Made by a program: the position numbers and the translations under genes. The notes below the pieces were generated by a model that ran no database searches, was not told the origin of the DNA, and worked only from the letters and a program-made list of their open reading frames with translations. This document shows, one piece after another, positions 34,158 through 51,146 of a stretch of 64,000 bases of DNA. The stretch's first letter is position 1; the number at the start of each line of letters is the position of its first letter. The stretch is from Rebecca billardiae RCC1528 (taxonomy: Eukaryota; Protista; Haptophyta), in the NCBI GenBank assembly GCA_965240325.2, contig OZ251246.1:682001-746000 (forward strand), in the 5' to 3' direction.

Positions 34158-35923
34158 GCGCCGCCGATGGCGGCATTCGCCCGGACTCCCTCCGAATCCG
34201 GTGAGCCGTTCGCTGCCAACGCGCCCGACGACTGCGCACTGCTGCACACTCTGCAAAGATCGACGCGGGGGTCCGGGGACGTTCGCCTAATCGCCTTGCA
34301 CTTGTAGCCCAGCCAGCCCTTCCCCGTTTACCCGCTGCCGACCTACTCATACTCTGCTAACTGCTTTGGGTCCGAGGCCAGTGACTGCGCGTCCAGACGC
34401 GCGCACGGTCCGCGGCTCACCGCCCAGCGCGGTCCGACGGTGCGTATCGGCAACAGGCAACTAGTAGCTGGCAGCTGCGTCTGAAGTTGTATTATATAAA
34501 TCGAAGAATATATATATATTATTAATATATATGGCATACGACTAACTGCCGTACAGCGTAGAGATATACGGCGGTAGTATATTAAGTAAACACGCATCAT
34601 CAGTAGGCTGCAGTAGCGACTAGCATTGCCGTCATCGGCGTCGTCTGACGTCTAGTCGTCTCTGTCATTACTCTCTGTCGTCTCGGAATTGCGCAGCTCT
34701 GGAATCAGCGCATTCAGCGCTGCACTCGATCGACACGATTACGAGTTCAGTTCCGCGACATCGTCACTCAGACCTCGTCCGATGGCGACGATAGGCAGGT
34801 CCGAAACTCCGGCGAGCACCGGCGATCACGGTCCGAGCGGGTCACTGCGTGACTGGCTGTCTGGGTCTGGTTGAGTGGTTATCGGGAGACGGCGGATCGG
34901 ATCCGCCATCGGGGCCCATATATCGCTCAGCTGTGTGCATCCGTTGGCATACTGCTGATGCTCCCCCCGGAGTGATGATCGAGTCAATCACTGTAGTGAG
35001 ATGATCAGTGGCGAATGTGTCAGCAACGGTGTATCAGTGGCGAATGTGTCAGCAACGGTGTAACTAATGTCAGTCACAGTGTATCGAGAGCGCTCATGTC
35101 TCGTTGCCGTTGGAACTTGACGGCCCGGTTTGGCGCCCACGCGGCGAGGGCGACGACGGGCGTACACGGGGCCCGCGGCGGCGGGAAGCGCGCGGGCGTG
35201 GCCGAGAACGGCACGGTCCGGACGCCTCTCGCCAGCTGCGGACGCGCACCGCGCCTCCTCCTTGCACGCTGCTAACTTTATCCGGGGCCATGCGGTGTTT
35301 TGCTGCCAACCAGCTCAAGTTCCACGGCTGGTCAAGGTTCGGCTTGCGACATCGCCGCTGGTGCTTGCAAGAAGGTACACGAATTGGTCGAACTCCCGCG
35401 CGCCCGCTCTGCGCTTGTCGACGCCCTCTGTCGGTGACTCGGGGGGCATGCGGGGCAGTGGAATGCAGTGCATTGACTCTCAGTCGTCCAGCGCGCTGGC
35501 CACGTAGCGCGGATGTGGTGCGAGCATGGCCCGGCAATGCGGTCGCGACGTGCCTGCCTGGTCTACCCAAGGCCTGCCGCACCGCGAAGCGAGCGCTCAG
35601 GAGCGTGTGCCGAGCGTGCCAGCCCCGCCGAGATGGGGCGTTGGGAAATGCCGAATGCGGGCTCAAGTTCCTGACCACCGAGAGAAACCAACCCCCGCCC
35701 AAAAACGGTGGCAGGACCAAAGGGTGCGCAGGGCGTGCTCACATTATTGCGTCAACTTCGCGGGCCTTCGATGGCGAATCGTCTCAAATAGTGGCGAGTA
35801 CTCATAACGTCGTCGGTGATCTCACGTTTTGATGACGAGTTCTCGTAGTAGTAGTACATCATCATTTCGTACATTTTCTTTTCGTCATGCGTCATCCATC
35901 GGTGCTGCTTGAAATTCATCAGC

Positions 35924-38050
35924 ATGGGCTCATGCCTCTCCGCGCCCAAGCGACCGCCCTCGGATCTCGGCCTGCCCGACTCACCGGGCGCACGCCACGC
36001 TCCTGCACCGCCGCCAATCGTCGTCGTCCGGCCAAGCGTGCCCGACTCGGACGCGGGCGACTCGCCGGTGGCGCACGACAACCGGCTGGCTGACCTGGAG
36101 GAGGAGGAGGAGGCAGCCGACGACGCGCGTGCGAGCGCGCACCCGCCCAGCGCCGACGCTGCCGAGGCGGCAGCCGCGGCGCCCGTGGCGTCTGTGCCGG
36201 CGGCCGCGGTGGCGGCGCCCGCGCCCGCAGCCGAGGGCGCGGCGCCGGCGGCCGAGCCGCCGGCACCGGCCACCCCGCCCCCACTCGCTGAGCGCCTGTT
36301 TGGGCCTCGCGTCCCGCGGCTTGTGCGCGCGCTCGCGTCCGACTGGCGGCCGCGGCTGATTGTCGGCGCCCTGCTCGCCACCACCGACGCGTACACGGAC
36401 GTCGGCATGATCTGGTCCTGGTGGCACGAGGGCCATGCGCTCTGGGCCGCGCTCGGCCTCCTCTTTGTCCTCCTCCCCACGGTCGTCGTGTCCGCGGCAG
36501 GGCTGCTCGTCAAGATAGCGGAGGCGTTCGCTGCGTGCTGCGACCAGCTGCTCGGCTGCTGCGACGCCATCTGCGCGTGCATCGCCATGTGCAACGGCAA
36601 GGCCGCCGAGCGGCCGAAGAGGGCGCCCCGGGAGGAGGAAGTGCCGTTCTCCCCCGTCGCCTTCGCGCTCTTCGCCGCGCTGCAGCTCGGAGTTCTCTAC
36701 ATGGCCGCCGTGCATGTCTACTACGGCGTCGAGCCGAGGGCAAATCGCTTCCTCAACCTCGCGCGGCTGTGCGAGGTGGTGCTCGAGGCGGTGCCGCAGA
36801 CGTGCCTGCAGACGTACGCGCTGCTGCAGCGCGCGCCGCCGCCGCCCGGCGCGCCGACCAGCCTCGCCGACGCCCTCGCCTGGCCGTCACTGCTCGCCTC
36901 GCTCGGCGGTATGGCCGCCGCCCTCTCGAATATTCCGCAGTATGCGCCTTGGGAGCGGAGGCATGTGGTCGCGTACGCGGTGCCCGCCATGGCGCTCCGC
37001 GCCGCTGCGGTGAGCCTCACGGCGTGCGCGTTCAGCTGGTGGGTGCTCGCGCCGACCATGCTGCTACCAGCCGCGCACTGGCTGTGGCTCCGCTCGGGCG
37101 AGCCCGGAGCTGACGTGATCTCGGCCGTTCTCGCGGCGCTGATCCCGGTGCCGCTGCCCGGCGCGTGGCAGCGCAGGAGCCCGGTCAGTGCCCTCAGCCC
37201 GGCGCTCGAGCTCGCCCTGAGCTATGCCGCTGTGACCGCGCCCACCGCCTGGCTGCGCCGGCAGCGGGGCGCGACCCGGCTGCTCGTCGCACGCTGCGCG
37301 CTCGCACCCACCGGATGCTTGGTCTACGCTGCGCTGCTGTGGTGGCTCCGAGCGCGGCAGGCGCACGAGGCGCGCGAGGCGGAGGCGCGCGCGAAGCGGG
37401 AGGCGGACGCGACGGCGCTGGAGCAGGAGCACGCTCGAAAGCGCGGCGCCGCCCGCCGCCCTCCGCCTTCGCTGCGCATGGCGCGCACGACTGATGGCGT
37501 GCCACATCCATACACCTCAGAGCTGATGGAGGGCGGCGGCAGCGGCGACGACAGCGACGGCGATGGAGGGCATACGGCCGCTGCCAGCCCCCCCGCGCCC
37601 GCACCGCTCGGCAGCACCAGCCGCGGCGGGCGTGGCGCTGCGACAGCGCCACCGCGAGCCGCCAGCGGCGGCTCGCCAACCGCGCCCGGTGGAAGATCGC
37701 CTGCGTGCAGCAGGGCCGCGGTGACGCGGCCAAAGGCGTCAGCTGGCGCCACTGCGTCTGCTGTGCCGCACGCGAATGGCGCTAACGGCGCGGCTCGCGG
37801 GCAGCGTGACGCTGCCATCGCTCCAAAGGTGGGCGGAATGGGCCTCCCAAGTGCTGGCGGCCAGCTACCCGAGCCCGCGGGCGCGCAGGGCTCACTTCAT
37901 GACCACGACCGCCGTGATGGGCTGCACGGCAGCGGGCCTCGTTCTGAGGCGGACGCTGCTGGAGCACGTCGGGCGTCGCTGCCGCTGCCGCGCCAGCCGC
38001 GCCTGAGCGCGCAGGTCGTCTCCAATGATGACGAAGCCCACGAGGCGTAG
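35924..38050 (+). CDS. XK-related (Xkr scramblase family) multi-pass membrane protein
   Basis: TM1 TDAYTDV..I, WAALGLLFVLLP and the family signature LCEVVLEAVPQTCLQTY. N-terminal MGSCLS is an acylation-like motif. Confidence 0.75.
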   Translation: MGSCLSAPKRPPSDLGLPDSPGARHAPAPPPIVVVRPSVPDSDAGDSPVAHDNRLADLEEEEEAADDARASAHPPSADAAEAAAAAPVASVPAAAVAAPAPAAEGAAPAAEPPAPATPPPLAERLFGPRVPRLVRALASDWRPRLIVGALLATTDAYTDVGMIWSWWHEGHALWAALGLLFVLLPTVVVSAAGLLVKIAEAFAACCDQLLGCCDAICACIAMCNGKAAERPKRAPREEEVPFSPVAFALFAALQLGVLYMAAVHVYYGVEPRANRFLNLARLCEVVLEAVPQTCLQTYALLQRAPPPPGAPTSLADALAWPSLLASLGGMAAALSNIPQYAPWERRHVVAYAVPAMALRAAAVSLTACAFSWWVLAPTMLLPAAHWLWLRSGEPGADVISAVLAALIPVPLPGAWQRRSPVSALSPALELALSYAAVTAPTAWLRRQRGATRLLVARCALAPTGCLVYAALLWWLRARQAHEAREAEARAKREADATALEQEHARKRGAARRPPPSLRMARTTDGVPHPYTSELMEGGGSGDDSDGDGGHTAAASPPAPAPLGSTSRGGRGAATAPPRAASGGSPTAPGGRSPACSRAAVTRPKASAGATASAVPHANGANGAARGQRDAAIAPKVGGMGLPSAGGQLPEPAGAQGSLHDHDRRDGLHGSGPRSEADAAGARRASLPLPRQPRLSAQVVSNDDEAHEA

Positions 38051-38357
38051 ACTTCGTGTACTGCGTCAGAGCACTTTGCCGGTCTGCTGGTACCGTATCT
38101 GTGACAGACCTGAGACCGGCGCCGCCGCCCCGGGGCCCGGCCCGGCGGCCCGCGCCCGCGGCGGCCGCGGCCCGCCGTCGGTCCGTCGGCGTCGGAGAGT
38201 GTATATTTATAGATTACTGCGGACTGCGGTTCAGCGCCGTACCCGCCACCTGGAGTCACCGGAGTGCCGTCCGGCCCGTTATATATATATATAATATATA
38301 TTATATTATATATAGTATATATAGCTGATATATATAGCTATATATATAGCTATATAT

Positions 38358-41494
<3,137 letters not shown>

Positions 41495-41683
41495 CCGCGT
41501 TCCGCGGTCTTTTTCCGTAGAACGAACGTAGTTCGGGGCCCGCGGCGCACCCTCCGTCGGCTGCTGTGTCAGTCTGACATGTGTAACAGTTCGCCTGAGC
41601 TGCCACCGCCAACTCAGTCACTGCCGCCCACCGGGCCGGCGGGCCGAGGACTGTCGCCGCGGGTCCGCGGGCCGCCGCGGGGA

Positions 41684-43082
41684 CTAGCGGCCGGCGCGCG
41701 CGCGCAGGCAGGACGAGAGGCGCTGGCGCGGCGCGAGCCAGCGCGTGCGCGCGAGCGGGCGCACCTGCTTGAGGTACTCGCCCTGCGCCATGCGCTCGAC
41801 GACGGGCCGCTGGTCGCTCGTGCCGGCAGAGCGAGAGCGTGCGCCACTGCTGGCCCCGGCCTGCCGGCTGCGCAGCCTCGCACCGAGACCGACCGAGCGG
41901 AGCTCGGGGCGGTGGAACGAGGCGAGCGGCGCGTCGCGCCTGCCGCCGCGCGTGCGCGCCTGCTCCACCGCGCCGCCGTGCTCGCCCGCCGCCTCCTCCG
42001 CCGCGTCGGCCTCGAAGACGGCGGCTGCCAGCGGCAGGCTGAGCCGCGCGCCGGCTCACTCACACTGTGAGTCACACCCGCGGTCGCCTCGACGGCCAAC
42101 TATCCACAGCTGCTCGAGCTGCTGGAGGGCGCCGCGACGATGGCGGCGCGGGCGCCCAGCGCGTCCGTTGCCGCGTCGCTCAGCTCGTCGAGCTCGGCGC
42201 CGCACTTCGCCAGCTTGGCGCCTAGCGCCTCCGCGTGTCACGTGCTCGTGCACGTCAGCCTGCTGATACGCCGCCGCCCATCGGCACTTCTGGCATCTGC
42301 GCGCGCAGCTGCTGCAGCTCGACGGCGGAGTCGTCGCGGCTGGCGGCGAGGGTGCGCACCGCGTCGATTGCCGAGGCCTGCAGCCCGGTGATCGCCGCGT
42401 CGACGCGCGCGGCGATTTCCCCACGCAGCTCCTCGCGCCACGTGGCCGCCGCTCGCGTGGCAGGCAGCTGGGCACCGCTGCGCGACCCGGAACCGGCGCG
42501 CGTTTCACTGATGCTCCTGCTCGTCCTCACGCTGCTGCACCTCCGCGCCGCCGTCGACCGAGTTGAGGAGGAGCTCGCGCTCGGCGTCGAGGCGCGAGCT
42601 CGCGTGCTCGAGCTCGCCCTTCAGCCGCGCGAGCTCCGGGCGCATCCGGCTCATCAGCTCTGCCGCGCCGCTCGCTCGGCGGCGGCGGGCGGCGCGCTCT
42701 GCTCCGGGCGGCGAGCGACGAGCTCGCGTGCTCCGGACTCGGCTCGCCCTTGCGCGCTGCTCCTCGAGTGACGAACGCCTGCGGGGCACGAACGAAAGTC
42801 GGTGATCAACCGCGCAGCGCCACCGCTGCCGAGTGCGCCCTCCGCCGCCAGCACCTTGCGGACCTGGCCAAGGAGCTGCTTGATCGCTTTTGTTGACGTA
42901 CGCCGTACTCGCTCGCGGCGCCGGGGATGGTCTGCTTGTGCCTGGCGACGGAGATGGCGGCAGCGGTGCTCTGGAACGTGGTGTTGTTCACCCGCGTCAC
43001 CGTCCTCGAGTCGAGCAGCGCGTTCAATACGCGGCGAACGTAGTCCTGGTCGGCGTCGCCGGTCGAGGTGCTGCTTGCCATC
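41684..43082 (-). pseudogene. Frameshifted coiled-coil protein fragments inside the large Helitron2-like element (captured or decayed cargo)
   Basis: Consecutive protein-like pieces in shifting frames: DQDYVRRVLNALLDSR, KAIKQLLGQVRKVLAAEG, PELARLKGELEHASSRLDAERELL and WREELRGEIAARVDAAITGLQ. Confidence 0.45.
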
Positions 43083-43424
43083 GCCCCCCACCCACGTGCG
43101 ATCGGGCCCACCTCTGTTGTTTTGCGTCGGTGACGGGGCCGCGACGACTTGACGGGAGCATCTTCAATAATCTATGATCATCTCAGGGTTACTACGTGAA
43201 GCGGTAGAATAGAATTTCATTTACGAGCATTGATACGACGCGGTGCAACGTGAAGCGGTTTTTTTAAGATACGACGCGGTCTAATGACCCATTGTTCATA
43301 CATGTACATGAATGGGTCGTCATAAACGGCGGGCGGCTCATTTATGACCAGACCGGGCCCTGGGTGATTGATGATCAGAACCCGCAAAAGCTAGCGGCAG
43401 TCCAGCACACAAGTAATGAATTAA

Positions 43425-44727
43425 TGACCGCGTTCCGCGGTCCTTTTCTGCATAGAATCAACGCAGTTGGGGGCCCGCGGTGGCCGTGCAATCGCGGCTC
43501 TCCGCCGTAGTGGCAGTTCGCCAGTTGAAGTCGGTTCTGAGATGACTGGAAGCTATATTAGTCCGACCGTCGCCCTGCCTGCGCGACCGCGAGACTCATT
43601 CACACTTCACACAATCACAGCAGCGGACCTGAGACCGCACCCGGCACCGGTCGTCAAATCGGACGTCCGTCTGACAACTAGCTGCCAAATGTCCAACTGG
43701 CTGATCAGCTCGGATCCGACCCGTCCGCGATCGTGCCATCGGCATCGGAATTACTACTAGTAGCTGCCAAACTGTTACTGTGTCCAACTCTGGCTGATCA
43801 CAGATCAGCTCGGATCCGACCCGTCCGCGATCGTGCCGAGTGAGTCGTGCCGCGGAGCTCGGAGTACTGAAGGAGTCGGGTGTGACAGCAGGGTGCTTTA
43901 GCGCTGCGGCCCGTGCCAGCCAACGACCAGACGTACTCTGGCCACTTGACCCGTTGCACGGGTGAGTGACCGTACGCCCTGCCTAGTGCCTACCGCGCGC
44001 GCCGCGCGACCGGCGACTCGGGGTGATGGAGAGCGGATGGCGACAGCAGCAGCAGTCCTCATGAAGACGATGAAACTGGCGGCACGGGTGCACGAGGTGG
44101 CAGGCGAAAGCGCGCCGACGAGACCGCATTTGACACACCTGAGCCGCACGCGCGTGCCGTCACGCCGAGCGGCGAGCGCTGCAAACGCGCAACCGTACCG
44201 CGCGCGCCACGACGGCGCGGCACTAGCTGATGCAGGCCGTACTGCCGGCACTGCTTCTGCGATCATGCGCCACGGTCGCAGCTGACTGCGTGAGCAGCAA
44301 GCGGGAGGCGGGTCCGGAGGCACGTGCAGGCGCCGTCCCGCATATCCGCCGCATCGCCCATCGTGCCGGGGCACGTCACCTCCGACGATCCGGATGTGGC
44401 CCAGTCCGGACGTCACGCGATCCGGGAAGACGAGTACGATTCGCTCGTAACGAACCGTTACACTAATGTCACGTCCAGCTGACGTCCAGATCGCACTTTA
44501 CTTAAGGGAATCAGCTGGGCGCGGTTTTTTTTGGCCTGATAGACCTCTCAATGCGATCTCAAAAACTCGAAACTCGGTCTCCGCCAGCCCTAAAAATCGC
44601 CCCCCGTCCCTTTTTTTCCGCCGCCCCCCGTCCCTTTTTTCTTGATGATCAAAGATCTTTTTGAAACGTGGTTCGGGCCCGCTGGTGCGGGCTCCACGCT
44701 GCGCGCTCCGCCCTGCACCGCGGGCCA
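43425..44727 (-). mobile_element. Helitron2-like element copy B (inverted near-identical copy of 19180-20468), nested
   Basis: Starts TGACCGCGTTCCGCGGTCCTTTTCTGCATAG and ends GCACCGCGGGCCA. The ORF track shows the same peptides in opposite orientation. Confidence 0.9.
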
Positions 44728-45109
44728 TAACAAGCGCAGTCCAGCACACAAGTAATGAACGAATGGCCCGCGGTGCCGGCTGGCTATCTAGATACGTCGT
44801 CATCGCTCCTTGATGACCTTGCGGCAATCTCATTGGCTGGAAAAAATCGCTTGTAACGGTTCGTTACGTTATGGATCCTAAAGGGCGTGAAGTTTTTTGG
44901 ACGGGCGTCACTCCAATATGAACTTGCCGTGGGCGCGACCTTTTTCGACGCTAATGCACCTGTAAGGGAGTCTCAAAATTCGAAACTCGGTCTCCTCCAG
45001 CCCTGAAAATCGTCCCCCGTCCCTTTTTTCTTGATCAAAGATCTTTTTGAAACGTTGTTCGGGCCCGCTGGTGCGGGCTCCACGCTGCGCGCTCCGCCCT
45101 GCACCGCGG

Positions 45110-45225
<116 letters not shown>

Positions 45226-45719
45226 GGGTTATTGGTACAATAACTGATTGTCTAAGAGGACGACAAGAACGCCGGGCGCCAGCGCCGCTCATCAGCCACA
45301 TCGCCCTCTACCAGACCATCGCCTCAAAGGGCGCTGCTCCCGGACAAACAGTCTGTCCGGGTTGTTCTTTCTGCCGCCCAGGAGATCATTCGGTTTCCGG
45401 CGCCGGCCTCTGCCGCCTGCTTCGCCAGGCGCGGCGTGCGAGATGGCTCCAGCCAAGCTCGTCCTGCGTCGCCGGCGGCGGCGGCTCACACGCGGGTGGC
45501 GCGTCGCGTGCACCGACCAACATCTTTCGGCAATCGACGGCGAGCGGCATGCCCACCGCATCTGCTGCCGCTCGCCAAGGCATGAGGACACGTAAATCCC
45601 ACTGAGTAGGAACACACGCAGCCGCCTCGGCATCGACATGCCAGGCGGCGTGCCCACCTTCGGCCAGCAGTTGGCGTCGGCGTTCACGAGGACGGCTAGA
45701 CATATATATATATATATAT

Positions 45720-47560
<1,841 letters not shown>

Positions 47561-48005
47561 CGGCCCTTACGGCGCCTTACGGCCGCGTGACTGCCGTGAC
47601 TCATGACTGCGCTATTTCCGATTTCGGATTTATAGCGACTAGCAGCGCAGCAGCACGTCGTCTGAGTATTGACGATTGTGATGAGCGTATGTACTGTAGT
47701 AGGTGAGCAGCACAGTGATCCCGGATCAATGTCTGGTGACAAACTCGTCAGTGAGCTGTTACGGTTACCATTCCGAGACAAATCTGACTCACGGGCTGCC
47801 CCGCGCTCCGCCGCCGCCACCTCGGCCTATTGGCACGCAAGCGGCTCTGAGCTCGCCCCGACGAAGGGTCTGGCCGTCAGCGATGAGGCCGAGTGCCATT
47901 CCAGCATCGAGGCATTGCCTGCGCATATCAGCAAGGGCCAAGGCTTCGCTGGAGGGAGTCAACTCTCTGCAAAGCGCGTAGCTCCAGGCCGTGCACCAAA
48001 ACACC

Positions 48006-48293
48006 TCACATGTCCACCCAGTACTTGACAGTGGAAAACATCGGGTTATTGCACGGCTCCATCGACACGTGGATCACCCTGCCGTCGTTGACCACGTCCA
48101 GTTTGCCGGTCAAGTTGATCCGCTCGTCAGTCTTCACCTGCCACTTCTTCTCCCCGAGCACTTTGTGCAGCTGTGCGTCGAGCTCTGCAAGCCCCATCTT
48201 GTACGTGTAGATGGCGCGGAACTTCGAGGTGTACAGGATCTTGCGCTCAATTCCATCGGGTGGTGGCAGGCCCTGAAAGTCGTTCGAGGCCAT
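48006..48293 (-). CDS. Small hypothetical protein (95 aa)
   Basis: MASNDFQGLPPPDGIERKILYTSKFRAIY...KYWVDM has globular, non-GC-biased composition, unlike the shadow ORFs. No family was recognised. Confidence 0.6.
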   Translation of the reverse strand: MASNDFQGLPPPDGIERKILYTSKFRAIYTYKMGLAELDAQLHKVLGEKKWQVKTDERINLTGKLDVVNDGRVIHVSMEPCNNPMFSTVKYWVDM

Positions 48294-48360
48294 CGACGAG
48301 CCAGCCGCGCACGGAGCGCGCCTCCACGCGCGGCAATGGCGGTTTCCACACTCTGCAAGT

Positions 48361-51063
48361 TCAGCCGAGAGAGGTGGCATTGCCACCTCTCGCGCGAGTT
48401 GGGGAAACGTTGAGTTCCCGAGTTTTTACACGGGGCGGCAATTTCTGGCGCGCGCAATCTTCCGATTTTAAGGCGGTGGGTGGCGCCGCCGCCGTCGCGC
48501 TCTCGACGCGCGCGAGCTGCGCGCGCGCGGCGGCGGTTTTGGCCGCGCGGCACTGGGCCGGCTGGGTCCGCACGGCCGAGGAGGCCACTCTTGCCGCGGT
48601 GGTCGTGGCGCGGGGACGTCCCCGCCGCTCGCCAACCTCCCGCGAGCGCCTCGCGCCGCCTCGCGCCGCCTTCACGCCATCTCCGCGCGCCAACTGCACG
48701 CTCTGGACGCCTCGGCGGCAGAGCCGCGCGCGGCGCGGTTGTGTGCCGTGTAGACTGGGCCCATGCGCGTCCGCTGTCGGTGCGCCCCGGCCACGCGCGC
48801 GCGCAGCCCAGACCTCTCGCCTCACGCGTCGCCGCCGAGCACGGCTGTGCACCTCAGTCTGCCGTGGTGCCGCGCGCGCGGCCGAGCGAGCAGGCGACGC
48901 GTTGTGGAGCGTGTGACGCACGAGACGGGAAGGCGTCCGAGCGTCGGAGCCACCGCCGACCGGCGGCGCGCACGCGATCGGCTTGAGCCATCGGCGCCGA
49001 CGGCGCGCGCGCGCTGAGCCAGCTGAAGGCTTGTGCGCCATGGCACGGCAGCCGCCAATCGCGGCCTGCGGCCGTACTGTGCGGCAGGCGCGCTCGGTGC
49101 GGGCGCTTCGGGGCGTGGCCTCACGAGACCGGAGCCCCTGGAAGCGCGACGCCTATGAGCTCGCCCCGGCCTGAGTGAGCGCGCATCTGTCAGTGATCGG
49201 CACACGCAGCAGCACGGGGTGGCCGTCGTCATGAGCCATGGCCTTGACACGGCCGCGCTGAGCGCGCCACGACACACCGCACGGCGCCGCGTGAAGAGTA
49301 GATGTATGACCCCCGGCACTTACCTTGGCCCGTGTGCTCTTGCGCGCACGCACGCGAGCACTCGCATGCTGCCGCGCACCTGCCTCAACGCGTTTCATCT
49401 GAGCGTCTGTCCGATGCCAGCCACGTGCTTCCATTGACAGAGAGAGTGACTATACCAGTCAGAAGTCGTAACCCTCCAGTTGAACCGCACAGTTCCATGG
49501 TTGCAGTGCTGCTGGTCCGCTGACTCCGAGGTGGGCGCGCCACGGCAGCTCTCTCTCTCACGGCGCACGGTCCTTGTGCGCCGGGAGCAGCCGCGTCTGC
49601 GCAGACCGACTGCTTACCAGGAAGTTTGAGACTGTATCTCCTTCCATCCCAGCTGCTGCAACGTCTACCACGGCTGGTAGCCTGCTGACCCAGACGACTA
49701 GCGAGCAAGTATGTCTCCTCGGTGAGCGCGAGCGAGCGCTGCTGCTGACACTCGATTCGTGCGCACACGCGCCCGCCCGACGCACTCTCACGTTGGCCCG
49801 AGGTGGCGTGTGCGCGCGCCCACGCGCGATGATGCCAACTGCTGCTCAGGTCATCCGACTACATGGGCTGAATAGTGGGTCGTGCTACCTGGCCGCGCGG
49901 CGCTCGAAGCTCGCGTTTCTGGCTGACACGAGCTTTTCAAGGTGTCAGCGTAGGTGAAGGGTGGGATACTGGGATCCCAGCCTTCCGCCGGTACGGAGAC
50001 AGCGCACACGCACGCGTGGCGCCTGCGACGCCGGCCATCGCACACAGCCCTACTGAATGGTCTCGCATGCGCCAGCATGACCGTGCACGCCTAGCGCCGC
50101 ACCATGCAGGTGAGAACTTCAAAAGTGCGCATGCTCGCTTGTTCTTTGTGCCTGGTCGACACCCAGCGTGGGAGCGCTCAGCGCGGAGCTCATGACGACG
50201 GCCACCCCGTGCTGCTGCGTGTGTCGATCACTGACAGATGCGCGCTCACTCAGGCCGGGGCGAGCTCATAGGCGTCGCGCTTCCAGGGGCTCCGGTCTCG
50301 TGAGGCCACGCCCCGAAGCGCCCGCACCGAGCGCGCCTGCCGCACAGTACGGCCGCAGGCCGCGATTGGCGGCTGCCGTGCCATGGCGCACAAGCCTTCA
50401 GCTGGCTCAGCGCGCGCGCGCCGTCGGCGCCGATGGCTCAAGCCGATCGCGTGCGCGCCGCCGGTCGGCGGTGGCTCCGACGCTCGGACGCCTTCCCGTC
50501 TCGTGCGTCACACGCTCCACAACGCGTCGCCTGCTCGCTCGGCCGCGCGCGCGGCACCACGGCAGACTGAGGTGCACAGCCGTGCTCGGCGGCGACGCGT
50601 GAGGCGAGAGGTCTGGGCTGCGCGCGCGCGTGGCCGGGGCGCACCGACAGCGGACGCGCATGGGCCCAGTCTACACGGCACACAACCGCGCCGCGCGCGG
50701 CTCTGCCGCCGAGGCGTCCAGAGCGTGCAGTTGGCGCGCGGAGATGGCGTGAAGGCGGCGCGAGGCGGCGCGAGGCGCTCGCGGGAGGTTGGCGAGCGGC
50801 GGGGACGTCCCCGCGCCACGACCACCGCGGCAAGAGTGGCCTCCTCGGCCGTGCGGACCCAGCCGGCCCAGTGCCGCGCGGCCAAAACCGCCGCCGCGCG
50901 CGCGCAGCTCGCGCGCGTCGAGAGCGCGACGGCGGCGGCGCCACCCACCGCCTTAAAATCGGAAGATTGCGCGCGCCAGAAATTGCCGCCCCGTGTAAAA
51001 ACTCGGGAACTCAACGTTTCCCCAACTCGCGCGAGAGGTGGCAATGCCACCTCTCTCGGCTGA
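48361..51063. mobile_element. Foldback-type element: 876-bp near-perfect TIRs (48361-49236 and 50188-51063), AAGT target-site duplication
   Basis: AAGT|TCAGCCGAGAGAGGTGGC...GCCACCTCTCTCGGCTGA|AAGT. Identical 226-aa and 168-aa mirror ORFs occur in both arms. Confidence 0.88.
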
Positions 51064-51146
51064 AAGTGGCCCGAGCTGATCAAGGGGCCGAGACTGTACC
51101 CGGTTCCTAAGACGCACATGTACAGCTCAGGCAAGGGAGTCAAGGG

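Noticed and set aside
48361-49041. Duplicated 226-aa ORF pair (also 50383-51063)
   Set aside because: A by-product of the inverted repeat, with Arg/Ala-rich composition and no domain.
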